This document shows, piece by piece, positions 8,550 to 17,409 of a stretch of DNA of 64,000 nt (position 1 is its first letter; every line of letters begins with the position of its first letter). This stretch comes from an uncultured Gammaproteobacteria bacterium (lineage in GTDB: Bacteria > Patescibacteriota > Patescibacteriia > Patescibacteriales > UBA12465), in NCBI GenBank assembly GCA_964608425.1, contig CAZSNN010000001.1:1073-65072 (forward strand). The letters run 5' to 3'. Position numbers and translations under genes: made by a program. The notes under the pieces were generated by a model. It saw only the letters and a list, made by a program, of their open reading frames with translations. It did no database searches and had not been told where the DNA came from.

Positions 8550-11114
8550 TTATTCTAACATAATAACTAGATAGCGATCAGTTTCTAAATCTCCAGAAAA
8601 CTTAATCAAATTATCACTATTAATGTTTTGTGGATAGGTCCAAATGGCCTTTAAATCAGTATTATTTAAAAAATTAAAAGCAAAATTAATATTACCAGAA
8701 CCTGGCTGCTTCTGCCATAACAAAGAATAATTCTTTGAACTATTTCCATAAAAATTATGTGGTAATCGATATTCTATCTCTATTATTTGATCTTGTCCGG
8801 GATCCAACATAGTCCAATTAGCAAAAACTGTTTTTCCTGATTCCTGATAAATCTTTGTTCCACTGGATAAATCAATTTCAGCTCGATTCTCGCTATTCTC
8901 TAAAAGAGAATTCTTCTCATAAAAATCTTCGGAATCTTTAAAATAATTTTTGTCTGGAGAAGAAAACCCCTGAGCACTAAGCAGATTGCTCCCCATAGGC
9001 ACATAAACCCTTAGCCAATTAACATTTCTAACTCCGTAAAATAAATCCCCCTTATTTCCATTATGTTTTCTAACTATAGTTAATTTATTTATTATCGATC
9101 CATCAGAATCTATTTTGGTTGACAAGGAATAATCATTAATAACAACCTTGTCAGTTTTACCCCCAGCAATATTAGAATTAATAATCATCAAATAATCAAG
9201 AGGAACTTCCTTAATTTGACCAGCCCAAGATCGACTCTCTACTTCATTCTGAATATCTTTATTTGTAAAATAAAGTAAAATATTTTTTTGTGATAAATTT
9301 CTTTCTATAATTTCTAAGCTTTTTATTAACAAGTCTTTATCAAATTGATTAGAAAATCTAATCATAATTTCTGACATTAAATCTCCAATTATTTTTTTTG
9401 GTTCATTTCGGGCCAAGATATCTCCAGATTCTATAGTAGAAGAGGCTATTTCTAGATCAGAAGCAAGACTACTCGTAGCCACCCTTTCTAAAATGTCAGT
9501 TTTTAAATCCTTGTCCTGATAAACCTCTGGTTGTCCAATAACCTCAACTACTTCTTGTATAATATCCCAATAATTATTTTCATCAATAATTACTCCGTAT
9601 TTTTCAGTTAGGTCAACCGGTCCAATAATTTTTAAAATGTCACCTAAAATATCCGGAGTAATACTAATAACTCCGTCAACGCTGGAACCACCACTTTTCT
9701 CATAAAACCACATCAAATTCTTGGCTGACATTCTCCAATCTGGCCACCAATTAGCATCCCAAAAATACCAAATCGACTTAACTAAATGAAGTGGTTTAGG
9801 AGCCTCCACTAAAACTTTTAATCCCCCTTCGGTATCATAAGAACCTCCGGCCGGAATTTCGATATTTGCTATCTTTCCTCTTTTTAAATCAACAATAGCG
9901 TAACTACCAATAAATCCACCTGTGGCTCTAATTTCAGCATTGTTTTGAAAAACAATTAAGTATCTTCTATCAGAATCAATTCCTAAAAAATCTTTAATAC
10001 CAGGAATTATTTTTAAAAAACTATTAAAATTACTTTCTAAAACGAGGGCCTTTTCCCTAATATCAATAAATTGGTTCCGATAATCTTCAGGTATAGAGGA
10101 TGCTTTTATTCTCTTTAAATATTTATTAATTTTTTTAATATCATCTTCGGTTTCTTTACTATAAAAATAAAAATCAGAGAAGGAATTCTCATTACTTGAA
10201 TCCGACAAAGATCTTATTAAGGCATCAACTGCTAAACTAAAATTATCTCCAGCCGAAGAAACGTATAAACCCACCCTAGCGATATCCTTAGACTCAGAAG
10301 CTAGTTTTATTTTATCATCCTTTGAAAAAGAGGCTAAAAAAATAACAAACTCATCAATTTTATTTAATTCCTGATTAATTAATAAAAATTTTTCTCCAGC
10401 CTGAAAAAAATTTTCTTGAGCCAAGCTCAGATTTAATTGAGAGAATCCCAAAGAAGCATCATTTAGATTGGATAGGGCCTCGAAAGAATAATTCATTAAA
10501 TTATCTTGAGTTTTATTCTCTGACACCAACTTATAATAACTAAATAACTTAAAAGGAATTATCAACAAGAAAAGAAGTAAAACAAAATACCAAATAGATT
10601 TTTTAGGTGGAGAAGAATAAATTCGACTAATATCAAAATTCATTATTGGAATATTTTTAACCTTATCGACATTTTTTTTTTCTAAATGTATCTCTTTCTT
10701 GACCTCTCTCTTAATCTCTTTTTTAATTTTTTTTTCAATATTCTTTTTTACCCTCTTATTTATTTTAAAAAGAGGCTTTAGGATTTTTATAAAAAAATTT
10801 AATATATCCACAACCCAATCTGCAAAGAAAACAAAAATAGCTCTAATAATTTTATAAAGAAAAAATAAAACTGGATAAAAACTAGTTTTTTTAAATTTAG
10901 AAAAATTAAAAGGAAATTTAAATGAAATGCTTTTAAATTTACTAAAACGTTTTTCTCTTTTCAAAAAATCATCAGAATCATCTTTATTACCAACATTAAT
11001 CTCGGGCTTATTTTTTTCTGTTATTTTTTCGTTTTTATTATTTCTTAAATCAACCACAAAACTAGATTGTCGATCATCCTGTAAAATATCAATTTTATGT
11101 TTTTTTATTTCCAT
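8550..11114 (-). CDS. Large membrane-anchored extracellular protein (hypothetical; possibly DUF4012-like)
   Basis: 854 aa; Lys-rich KKEIKREVKKEI low-complexity cytoplasmic N-terminus, two TM segments, large ectodomain; domain family not verifiable without a search. Confidence 0.45.
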   Translation of the reverse strand: MEIKKHKIDILQDDRQSSFVVDLRNNKNEKITEKNKPEINVGNKDDSDDFLKREKRFSKFKSISFKFPFNFSKFKKTSFYPVLFFLYKIIRAIFVFFADWVVDILNFFIKILKPLFKINKRVKKNIEKKIKKEIKREVKKEIHLEKKNVDKVKNIPIMNFDISRIYSSPPKKSIWYFVLLLFLLIIPFKLFSYYKLVSENKTQDNLMNYSFEALSNLNDASLGFSQLNLSLAQENFFQAGEKFLLINQELNKIDEFVIFLASFSKDDKIKLASESKDIARVGLYVSSAGDNFSLAVDALIRSLSDSSNENSFSDFYFYSKETEDDIKKINKYLKRIKASSIPEDYRNQFIDIREKALVLESNFNSFLKIIPGIKDFLGIDSDRRYLIVFQNNAEIRATGGFIGSYAIVDLKRGKIANIEIPAGGSYDTEGGLKVLVEAPKPLHLVKSIWYFWDANWWPDWRMSAKNLMWFYEKSGGSSVDGVISITPDILGDILKIIGPVDLTEKYGVIIDENNYWDIIQEVVEVIGQPEVYQDKDLKTDILERVATSSLASDLEIASSTIESGDILARNEPKKIIGDLMSEIMIRFSNQFDKDLLIKSLEIIERNLSQKNILLYFTNKDIQNEVESRSWAGQIKEVPLDYLMIINSNIAGGKTDKVVINDYSLSTKIDSDGSIINKLTIVRKHNGNKGDLFYGVRNVNWLRVYVPMGSNLLSAQGFSSPDKNYFKDSEDFYEKNSLLENSENRAEIDLSSGTKIYQESGKTVFANWTMLDPGQDQIIEIEYRLPHNFYGNSSKNYSLLWQKQPGSGNINFAFNFLNNTDLKAIWTYPQNINSDNLIKFSGDLETDRYLVIMLE

Positions 11115-11120
11115 ATTTAA

Positions 11121-12287
11121 TTACTGTAAATAAATTTTCCAAGTAGCAAAAGCACAATCCCACCAATTATATTTTTTACATTGCTCTCGACCCTTTTCAA
11201 TCATTTTTGTTCTTAAATTATTATTAGATAAAATTAGGTTAAGCTTATCAAAAAAATCTGTCTTATTTTGTGGATCAAAGAAGATCGCCGAATCTCCTAA
11301 TATTTCTGGCATACTTCCAGCCTTAGAGCTCAAAACTGGGCACCCCTTGGCCATAGCTTCGAGTGGGGGCAGGCCAAACCCTTCATATAGCGAAGGAAAG
11401 ACATAAACCAAGGCCTTCTTATAGAATATCTCCAATTTATCATCTGGTACATATCCAGCAAATATTACTGGATTGATTTTTTGAGAAGAAAAAATTTCTT
11501 TAGCAAAATCTTTTAGACCCTTATAAAAATAATCCTCCCTGCCAACCAAAACCAATCTCAATTCATTGTTTTTATTGTAAATCTCTAAAAAATTTTTTAT
11601 CAAAAAATTTAAATTTTTATGAGGATAAGCGTTTCCAACATATAGAAGAAAGGGGTTCTCAATATTATAATCCTTTAGAACCTCACTATTATCAAGTTTA
11701 GCTACAAATAAAGAATCTGTCCCTCTAGCTAAATTTGCCACCCCTTCATAAATAACTTTTATTTTTTCAGGCTTGATTTTAAATTGTTCGATAATGTCAT
11801 TCTTAGTAAAATTAGAAACTGTAATAATTTTACGAGACTTATCTAAAGCTCTTTTAATAATCAATCGATAAAACAAATCCTTTAAACAATAAATCCAAGG
11901 ACTTAAAGTAGTTGCTCTGGTTGTTTTAAATTTAGTTAAAATCAGATCGTGAATAGTCACAACAAACTTGGTTGGAACAAAAAAAGGAACATTAAAATGA
12001 CAAAAATGAATTAGATCTAATTTTTCTCGCCAAATAAAAAATGGCATTACTATTTGCTCTCTTAGGGTGTACCAACGAACTTCAGTTAAGACCTTTTTAA
12101 CATTGGGATAATTATCAATAACCAATTCATCAAAATTATCTTTTCTTAAAAAAATAACATATTTATTATCAGAATCTAGTTTTAAGATATTATCAACTAT
12201 TTCTTGAGTATAGCGACCCAGCCCCTTCCCTATTGGACCATAAAAACGAGCATCAATACCAATTGTTTTTTTATTTTTATTATTCAT
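11121..12287 (-). CDS. Glycosyltransferase family 1 (GT4-type)
   Basis: C-terminal [17 protein letters not shown] motif of GT-B group-1 glycosyltransferases; 388 aa. Confidence 0.75.
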   Translation of the reverse strand: MNNKNKKTIGIDARFYGPIGKGLGRYTQEIVDNILKLDSDNKYVIFLRKDNFDELVIDNYPNVKKVLTEVRWYTLREQIVMPFFIWREKLDLIHFCHFNVPFFVPTKFVVTIHDLILTKFKTTRATTLSPWIYCLKDLFYRLIIKRALDKSRKIITVSNFTKNDIIEQFKIKPEKIKVIYEGVANLARGTDSLFVAKLDNSEVLKDYNIENPFLLYVGNAYPHKNLNFLIKNFLEIYNKNNELRLVLVGREDYFYKGLKDFAKEIFSSQKINPVIFAGYVPDDKLEIFYKKALVYVFPSLYEGFGLPPLEAMAKGCPVLSSKAGSMPEILGDSAIFFDPQNKTDFFDKLNLILSNNNLRTKMIEKGREQCKKYNWWDCAFATWKIYLQ

Positions 12288-12294
12288 TTATTTT

Positions 12295-13809
12295 TTATCC
12301 AAAAGGTAAATTGGCTGGAGGAGTTTTTTTAACTGATCTAGAATTGGCTTCAGTTTTTTTATCATCTTGAATATTTATTAATTGCTCATCCTGAACACCA
12401 GAGTCAACTTCTTCGTCTTTGTCGATTTTTTTATTTTTAGAAGAAAAATCTCCTTGTAATAATTCCTCTTTTAATAACTCAGTGTCAACCTTAATAGAGT
12501 CATCCAAAACCAAATTTGCTGGTGGTTTATATCTCTTAGAAGAAGTCTTTTGAATCAACGGAGCATTAGCCGTGGCTTCTATTGGGAAATGCCAAATAGT
12601 AGCCAATTCTTCTATATTTAATAGATATGGAGTACAACCAGCCCAATCATCCCTATTGATATAATTAGTTATCATATTATTCTTCTTTTTAATCAGGCGA
12701 TTACCCTTGTTAAAATAAACTGTTTTAGTAGCGGTTCTTTTCATATCAGGTTTAAAGCTATTTAGATCTAAGGCGGAAAACTGCTTAATATATCCGACAA
12801 AACCATTAACTACTTTAGCTTTATTCATAACCTCTTTTTTAGCCAAATAAACAACCCTAATTTTACAAAGAAAACCAATCTTGGCTGACTTATTTTCAAT
12901 TGCCTCTATTTTCTTTTTTTGTTTAGGCGTTAGCTCCATCATCGATAATTTTTTAAAATCATCTTTATCATTACTCTTTACATCACCCCAAAGAGAATAA
13001 ATAGCTTCACTCAAATCTGAAATTATCTCTACTAATCCATCAATAATTTTATTTAAAAAACTAGTCTTTGGTTTTTTACCCAAAATTTTATCAATTTCTC
13101 CCTGCCCATCATCGACCCAATCAAAACCAGTTGGAGTAACTATAATCTGATACATTAGGTTTTCCCCTCTACGGAGGCTACTACAAAGCTCCATTAATTC
13201 AGCCATAGGATCTCTAAAAACTGTTTCATCGGGTCCAAAACGATGTTCAAACTCTTGATAGGTTTTAATAGGATACATATAATGAGCTGATTGAATAAAT
13301 TCAGAGCCCCAAATATCATATTCATCATCTGGAAATTTTTTAGGGAAATTTTCACAATAATCATCTACTTCTATAATTTCGGCATCGGGATACTGCGAGT
13401 AAACAGCCGATTCCACCAAATTTCTAAACTGAATAGGGGTCCTAATTAAAAACTGAGTATACCCCTCTAGACTAACTATCTCAAAACTAAAGGACAACTG
13501 AAATTCACCACCAAACCATTTATCAAAAAAGTTTTGCGTTCCATGAGCACCACCCAAATAAGAAAATAAATTTTCAACTGCCAAAGGAGATTGAATATTA
13601 CCTTTTGGAATATCAATAGCCAAAAAAATAAACTTATTAGTAGCTCCCCATTTACCCCTTATATAATTCAACCACAAAATCCGAACAGCCAACAAAAACA
13701 TAATACCAAAAACAACCCAACCAAAATTAGCTAAAAAACGCCAAAGCATAACATCTGGAGGTAAATTGAAAAATGCTTGAACTGAAGTAAAATCTATAAT
13801 AATATTCAT
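12295..13809 (-). CDS. Hypothetical membrane-anchored protein
   Basis: The track ORF begins at a GTG at 13878; the first in-frame ATG (MNIIIDF) at 13809 is preferred. N-terminal TM then a large soluble domain with a basic C-terminus; no family recognised. Confidence 0.4.
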   Translation of the reverse strand: MNIIIDFTSVQAFFNLPPDVMLWRFLANFGWVVFGIMFLLAVRILWLNYIRGKWGATNKFIFLAIDIPKGNIQSPLAVENLFSYLGGAHGTQNFFDKWFGGEFQLSFSFEIVSLEGYTQFLIRTPIQFRNLVESAVYSQYPDAEIIEVDDYCENFPKKFPDDEYDIWGSEFIQSAHYMYPIKTYQEFEHRFGPDETVFRDPMAELMELCSSLRRGENLMYQIIVTPTGFDWVDDGQGEIDKILGKKPKTSFLNKIIDGLVEIISDLSEAIYSLWGDVKSNDKDDFKKLSMMELTPKQKKKIEAIENKSAKIGFLCKIRVVYLAKKEVMNKAKVVNGFVGYIKQFSALDLNSFKPDMKRTATKTVYFNKGNRLIKKKNNMITNYINRDDWAGCTPYLLNIEELATIWHFPIEATANAPLIQKTSSKRYKPPANLVLDDSIKVDTELLKEELLQGDFSSKNKKIDKDEEVDSGVQDEQLINIQDDKKTEANSRSVKKTPPANLPFG

Positions 13810-13870
13810 AAAAACAATGATAAATTTAACATAATATATTTTAACATAATTTTTTAGCAAAATCAAAAAA

Positions 13871-13899
13871 AATATCACTATATTAACTATAGTGATATT
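13871..13899 (-). terminator. Perfect 12-bp palindrome plus T-run downstream of the sigma-r4 gene (terminator or operator)
   Basis: AATATCACTATA-TTAAC-TATAGTGATATT, followed on the minus strand by TTTTTTTGATT; lies between the regulator gene and the 12295-13809 gene. Confidence 0.4.
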
Positions 13900-13935
13900 T
13901 TGGAGTATTTGAAAATATTAAAATATTTTTTATTA

Positions 13936-14955
13936 CTATTTTTGCCATTCTTTTAAGGCATAAATACCTCTATCAACCAATATATAGCGCTCATCCAATA
14001 TCAACTCATTATGAACCGATCCAGAACTAACTTTTTTGTGATCAAAGCCAATTTCGTTGATTTTTTTAGCAATATCAGAAAAGTGCAAAGGATTATTTTC
14101 GTTTTTTAAAATTAAATAAATTTTATCAGCTATTCTTTTTGGTTTAACCTCTGGCCATTCTTCACTTCCCCAGGCTCCAAATTTATTAGCTTTAACACCC
14201 CTGACTGCCTGCATTAAAGAATAAAGCGGTTTATTTTTATCGATAATATCAGCCCATTCTGGAAAAATTTCATCCTTAAAAATATCCTTTAAATTTAACT
14301 CATTTTTAGATAATATTTTTTCTTTATAAAAAGAAAATGATCCCAATCCTTTTAAAATCTCCACCAACTCTTCAAAATGCAGAGTTTTTTTAATGTCATT
14401 TAATTTTTCTTTTAATTCTCCAACTAAAGTTTCTAAATAGTCAACAGCCTCATTTTTCAATTTAAAGAAAGAGGTAAACTTGTCAGACTTATCAACCCTT
14501 TCAATTTCTTCATTTAATAATTCTGATAAGATAAACTCTAAATAATTTTTATAGATATTTTTATCATACTTCAATCCTCCATCCATTCGACAAGATAAAA
14601 CCGCCAAAATATCTAATAAAAAATCTTTTTCCATGATTCCTCCATGCTCCTCTAATAATTTACTAACGGCTACCTTAACTGACTCTAAATGAGTATTTAA
14701 ATCTTCTATTTTTTTAATTTTTTTAAGACTGGCTCTTTCAATCTGTCTAACTCTTTCTCTGGTTAGGTTATGTAATTTGCCAATTTCCTCTAAGGTTTGG
14801 CGTCCTTCGTCTTTTAAAGCAAAACGACGAGACAGGATATCCCTCTCTCTTTCTTGTAATTCATTAAAAAGACTTTCAACAATTTCAACAGCATTAAGTC
14901 TAATTAATTCCTTGTTTTTTTGTTCTTTTAATAGTGTTTTCAGTAAATTTTCCAT
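13936..14955 (-). CDS. Sigma-70 region-4 HTH protein with C-terminal HARE-HTH-like domain (putative transcription regulator)
   Basis: N-terminal ERERDILSRRFAL...TLEEIGKLHNLTRERVRQIERASLKKIKK is a sigma70 region 4.2 HTH. The C-terminal HFSDIAKKI...RGIYALKEW resembles the HARE-HTH of the RNAP delta subunit. No sigma region 2 is present. Confidence 0.5.
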   Translation of the reverse strand: MENLLKTLLKEQKNKELIRLNAVEIVESLFNELQERERDILSRRFALKDEGRQTLEEIGKLHNLTRERVRQIERASLKKIKKIEDLNTHLESVKVAVSKLLEEHGGIMEKDFLLDILAVLSCRMDGGLKYDKNIYKNYLEFILSELLNEEIERVDKSDKFTSFFKLKNEAVDYLETLVGELKEKLNDIKKTLHFEELVEILKGLGSFSFYKEKILSKNELNLKDIFKDEIFPEWADIIDKNKPLYSLMQAVRGVKANKFGAWGSEEWPEVKPKRIADKIYLILKNENNPLHFSDIAKKINEIGFDHKKVSSGSVHNELILDERYILVDRGIYALKEWQK

Positions 14956-15001
14956 ATATAAAAATATTAAATACTAATATAGCTATTTAAACATATTTTA
15001 A

Positions 15002-16045
15002 TTAATAAGTCAAGTCCTTCATAAACTCTTCTATTTTTTTAATTTTTTCGGCATTAATTGGAGAAAATTTATGCTTTTCCTCTATTTCTGGGCGAATTTC
15101 TTTAAATTTTTGGAGTTGTTTTTTCTCAAAAATTAAGCCATAGAGAAAAATCTTAGCGAATCTAATTAAGGTTAAAAATTTAACTTTAGCAGAAAATGGT
15201 ATCTTTCTTATCTTATACAAAATAATCAATTGATTTAAAAAAGATCTACTTCGAGAAATGTCTCTATTTTTAAAAGATAATAAATTTAAATATTTATTTT
15301 TAGACAAAGTTCTGTCATGATACATAATGGCCCGAGGAATAAAAAATATTTTTGCTCCAAAAATTTGAAGTCTATAAGAAAGATCAACATCTTCCTTGTA
15401 CATAAACATTAATTCGTCAAAAAACTCTAAATATTCACCATTATAAAAAACCTTAACTAGCTCTTTTAAATTTAATAAAGCCCCTGCCCCAGTAAAACCA
15501 AAGACCTCTCTGGGTTCTTCATTTCTTCCAATCAAATCTTCTTGACCTTGATTAATATCAAAAAAATAATGAGATTTATTCAAGCCCAATCCGCAACTAT
15601 CAATAATATTAGTTTTTTTATTATTTCTAAAATCCCAACACAATATTTTAGGAGCTAAGGCGGCAGCCTCCGGCCTTTCATTGAGAGCAAAAATTATCTC
15701 TTTAATAAAATTAATATCCAATATAACATCAGGGTTAAGCATTAAAAATAAATCATCACCCTCCTTGATTGACCAATTAATCATTCTATTATAAGCCTTA
15801 GCAAAACCTAAATTATTCTCCGATCGGAAAATCTTATAATTATTTTGGGTCTTAAAATGAACAAGCAAATAATCATAATTATTACTATAATCATGATTAC
15901 TGTTATCAACTATCAAAAAACTAAATTCTAAGTCAGTCAAATATTTTTTAGCTTCTTCGACAGATTCTCCTAGGCTGAGGAGAAAGGATTTTAAATACTT
16001 AAAAGTTGATTGATTATAGGTTATAAAACCAATGCTTATTTTCAT
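15002..16045 (-). CDS. Glycosyltransferase family 2
   Basis: N-terminal ISIGFITYNQ GT-A start, DxD-containing core, rhamnosyltransferase-like length (347 aa). Confidence 0.65.
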   Translation of the reverse strand: MKISIGFITYNQSTFKYLKSFLLSLGESVEEAKKYLTDLEFSFLIVDNSNHDYSNNYDYLLVHFKTQNNYKIFRSENNLGFAKAYNRMINWSIKEGDDLFLMLNPDVILDINFIKEIIFALNERPEAAALAPKILCWDFRNNKKTNIIDSCGLGLNKSHYFFDINQGQEDLIGRNEEPREVFGFTGAGALLNLKELVKVFYNGEYLEFFDELMFMYKEDVDLSYRLQIFGAKIFFIPRAIMYHDRTLSKNKYLNLLSFKNRDISRSRSFLNQLIILYKIRKIPFSAKVKFLTLIRFAKIFLYGLIFEKKQLQKFKEIRPEIEEKHKFSPINAEKIKKIEEFMKDLTY

Positions 16046-16065
16046 TTTATTAATAAATAAACAAT

Positions 16066-16083
16066 AAAGCGCCGGAGCGCTTT
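16066..16083 (-). terminator. Rho-independent terminator after rpsI
   Basis: GC-rich perfect hairpin AAAGCGC-CGGA-GCGCTTT followed on the minus strand by a T-rich tract; sits at the end of the ribosomal cluster. Confidence 0.5.
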
Positions 16084-16102
16084 GTTGTTTATCTTGAAAT
16101 GA

Positions 16103-16621
16103 TTAACGTTTTGACCATTGAGGAGCTTTACGAGCTTTTTTAAGCCCTGGCTTCTTTCTTTCTTTTTGTCTAGGATCTCTAGTTATATAGCCACTAGTTT
16201 TTAAAATTGTTTTAAATTCTGGGTCATATTTAACCAAAGCTCTGGCAATACCGTGTCTAACTGCATCTAATTGACCCAATGTTCCACCCCCTTTAACAAT
16301 AATAGAGAAATTAAAGTCCTTAGCTTTAGAAACAAGCTTTAAAGGTTGTAAAACAATATTTAAATTTTCCTCTTTTTTAAAATAATCAACAGCCGGCTGA
16401 TCATTAACGATGATCTCACCTTCGCCTTTTTCATACATTCTAACCTGAGCCACAGATGTTTTACGGCGACCAATAGCTTTAATGTATTTACCAGAAAGAT
16501 CTACCTTAACTTTTTTCTCTTTAACAATAGGATCTTTGACAATTTTCTTCTTTTCAGAAGTCTTCTTAACTATCTCCTTTTTAACGGGAGTAGCTTTTTT
16601 AGTTTTTTTAATATCGCTCAT
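16103..16621 (-). CDS. rpsI: 30S ribosomal protein S9 (with Lys-rich N-terminal extension)
   Basis: C-terminal GGGTLGQLDAVRHGIARAL...TRDPRQKERKKPGLKKARKAPQWSKR conserved S9 tail; adjacent to rplM as in the rplM-rpsI operon. Confidence 0.85.
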   Translation of the reverse strand: MSDIKKTKKATPVKKEIVKKTSEKKKIVKDPIVKEKKVKVDLSGKYIKAIGRRKTSVAQVRMYEKGEGEIIVNDQPAVDYFKKEENLNIVLQPLKLVSKAKDFNFSIIVKGGGTLGQLDAVRHGIARALVKYDPEFKTILKTSGYITRDPRQKERKKPGLKKARKAPQWSKR

Positions 16622-16661
16622 TTTATTTAAAAATTAATGAATAACTAATATAATAATTAAA

Positions 16662-17009
16662 CTATCTAACAATTAATCTTTTCAAAAGATCGTTTCTCAT
16701 TCTGGTAGGAGCTAACATATCACGAACAGCTCTTCGTAAAACATTGCCAGGATCAGAGGTAAATACATCCTTCATCTTTTTCTCCTTTAATCCCCCTAAG
16801 TAACCAGAATAACTAAAATATTTTTTTTGATCTAATTTTTTTCCAGTAAATTTAGCCTTTTTGATATTTACAACTTCAACAATATCACCCAAATCTAAGT
16901 GAGGTTGAAATTCTGGCTTGGTTTTTCCTCTTAAAATATTAGCTGCTTGAGTGGCTATTCTACCAATAGATTGTCCTTCAGCATCAATTTTATGTGTCTT
17001 TCTTTCCAT
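16662..17009 (-). CDS. rplM: 50S ribosomal protein L13
   Basis: HKIDAEGQSIGRIATQAANILRGK, MLPTRMRNDLLKRL motifs of L13; 115 aa (short form). Confidence 0.8.
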   Translation of the reverse strand: MERKTHKIDAEGQSIGRIATQAANILRGKTKPEFQPHLDLGDIVEVVNIKKAKFTGKKLDQKKYFSYSGYLGGLKEKKMKDVFTSDPGNVLRRAVRDMLAPTRMRNDLLKRLIVR

Positions 17010-17038
17010 ATTTTTTATAATTTATTTATTTAAACTAG

Positions 17039-17389
17039 TTATACTAACTCAATTTGGACCATTTCAGCTCCATCACCTTGTCGATTACCAATTTTTATAA
17101 TACGACAATAGCCTCCAGTTCTGTCTTTGTATCTATCGGCTAAAATTTCCATAGCCTTATTTACGGCTTTCGGTTGTAAAATTATTTTTAATAAATTTCT
17201 TCTAGATGCTAAGTCTCCTTTTTTAGCAATAGTTACAATCTTTTCAACTAAAGGTTTAACCACTTTAGCCTTAGCTTTAGAGGTTTTAACTTTTTCATAA
17301 ATAATTATACTAGAAGCTAAATTTCTAAGCATCAATCCTCGGGCCTCTTTAGTTCTATCTAATGTTTTAACTTTATTCTTGTGTCTCAT
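17039..17389 (-). CDS. rplQ: 50S ribosomal protein L17
   Basis: MRHKNKVKTLDRTKEARGLMLRNLASSII...TGGYCRIIKIGNRQGDGAEMVQIELV typical L17; follows rpoA. Confidence 0.85.
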   Translation of the reverse strand: MRHKNKVKTLDRTKEARGLMLRNLASSIIIYEKVKTSKAKAKVVKPLVEKIVTIAKKGDLASRRNLLKIILQPKAVNKAMEILADRYKDRTGGYCRIIKIGNRQGDGAEMVQIELV

Positions 17390-17409
17390 ATTATTGATTA
17401 AAAAAATTA

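Noticed and set aside
10640-10800. Apparent short tandem repetition (KKEIKREVKKEI...) suggesting a DNA repeat array
   Set aside because: It is a Lys/Glu low-complexity coding segment inside the 854-aa ORF. The units are not regularly spaced with unique spacers, so it is not CRISPR-like or a VNTR.
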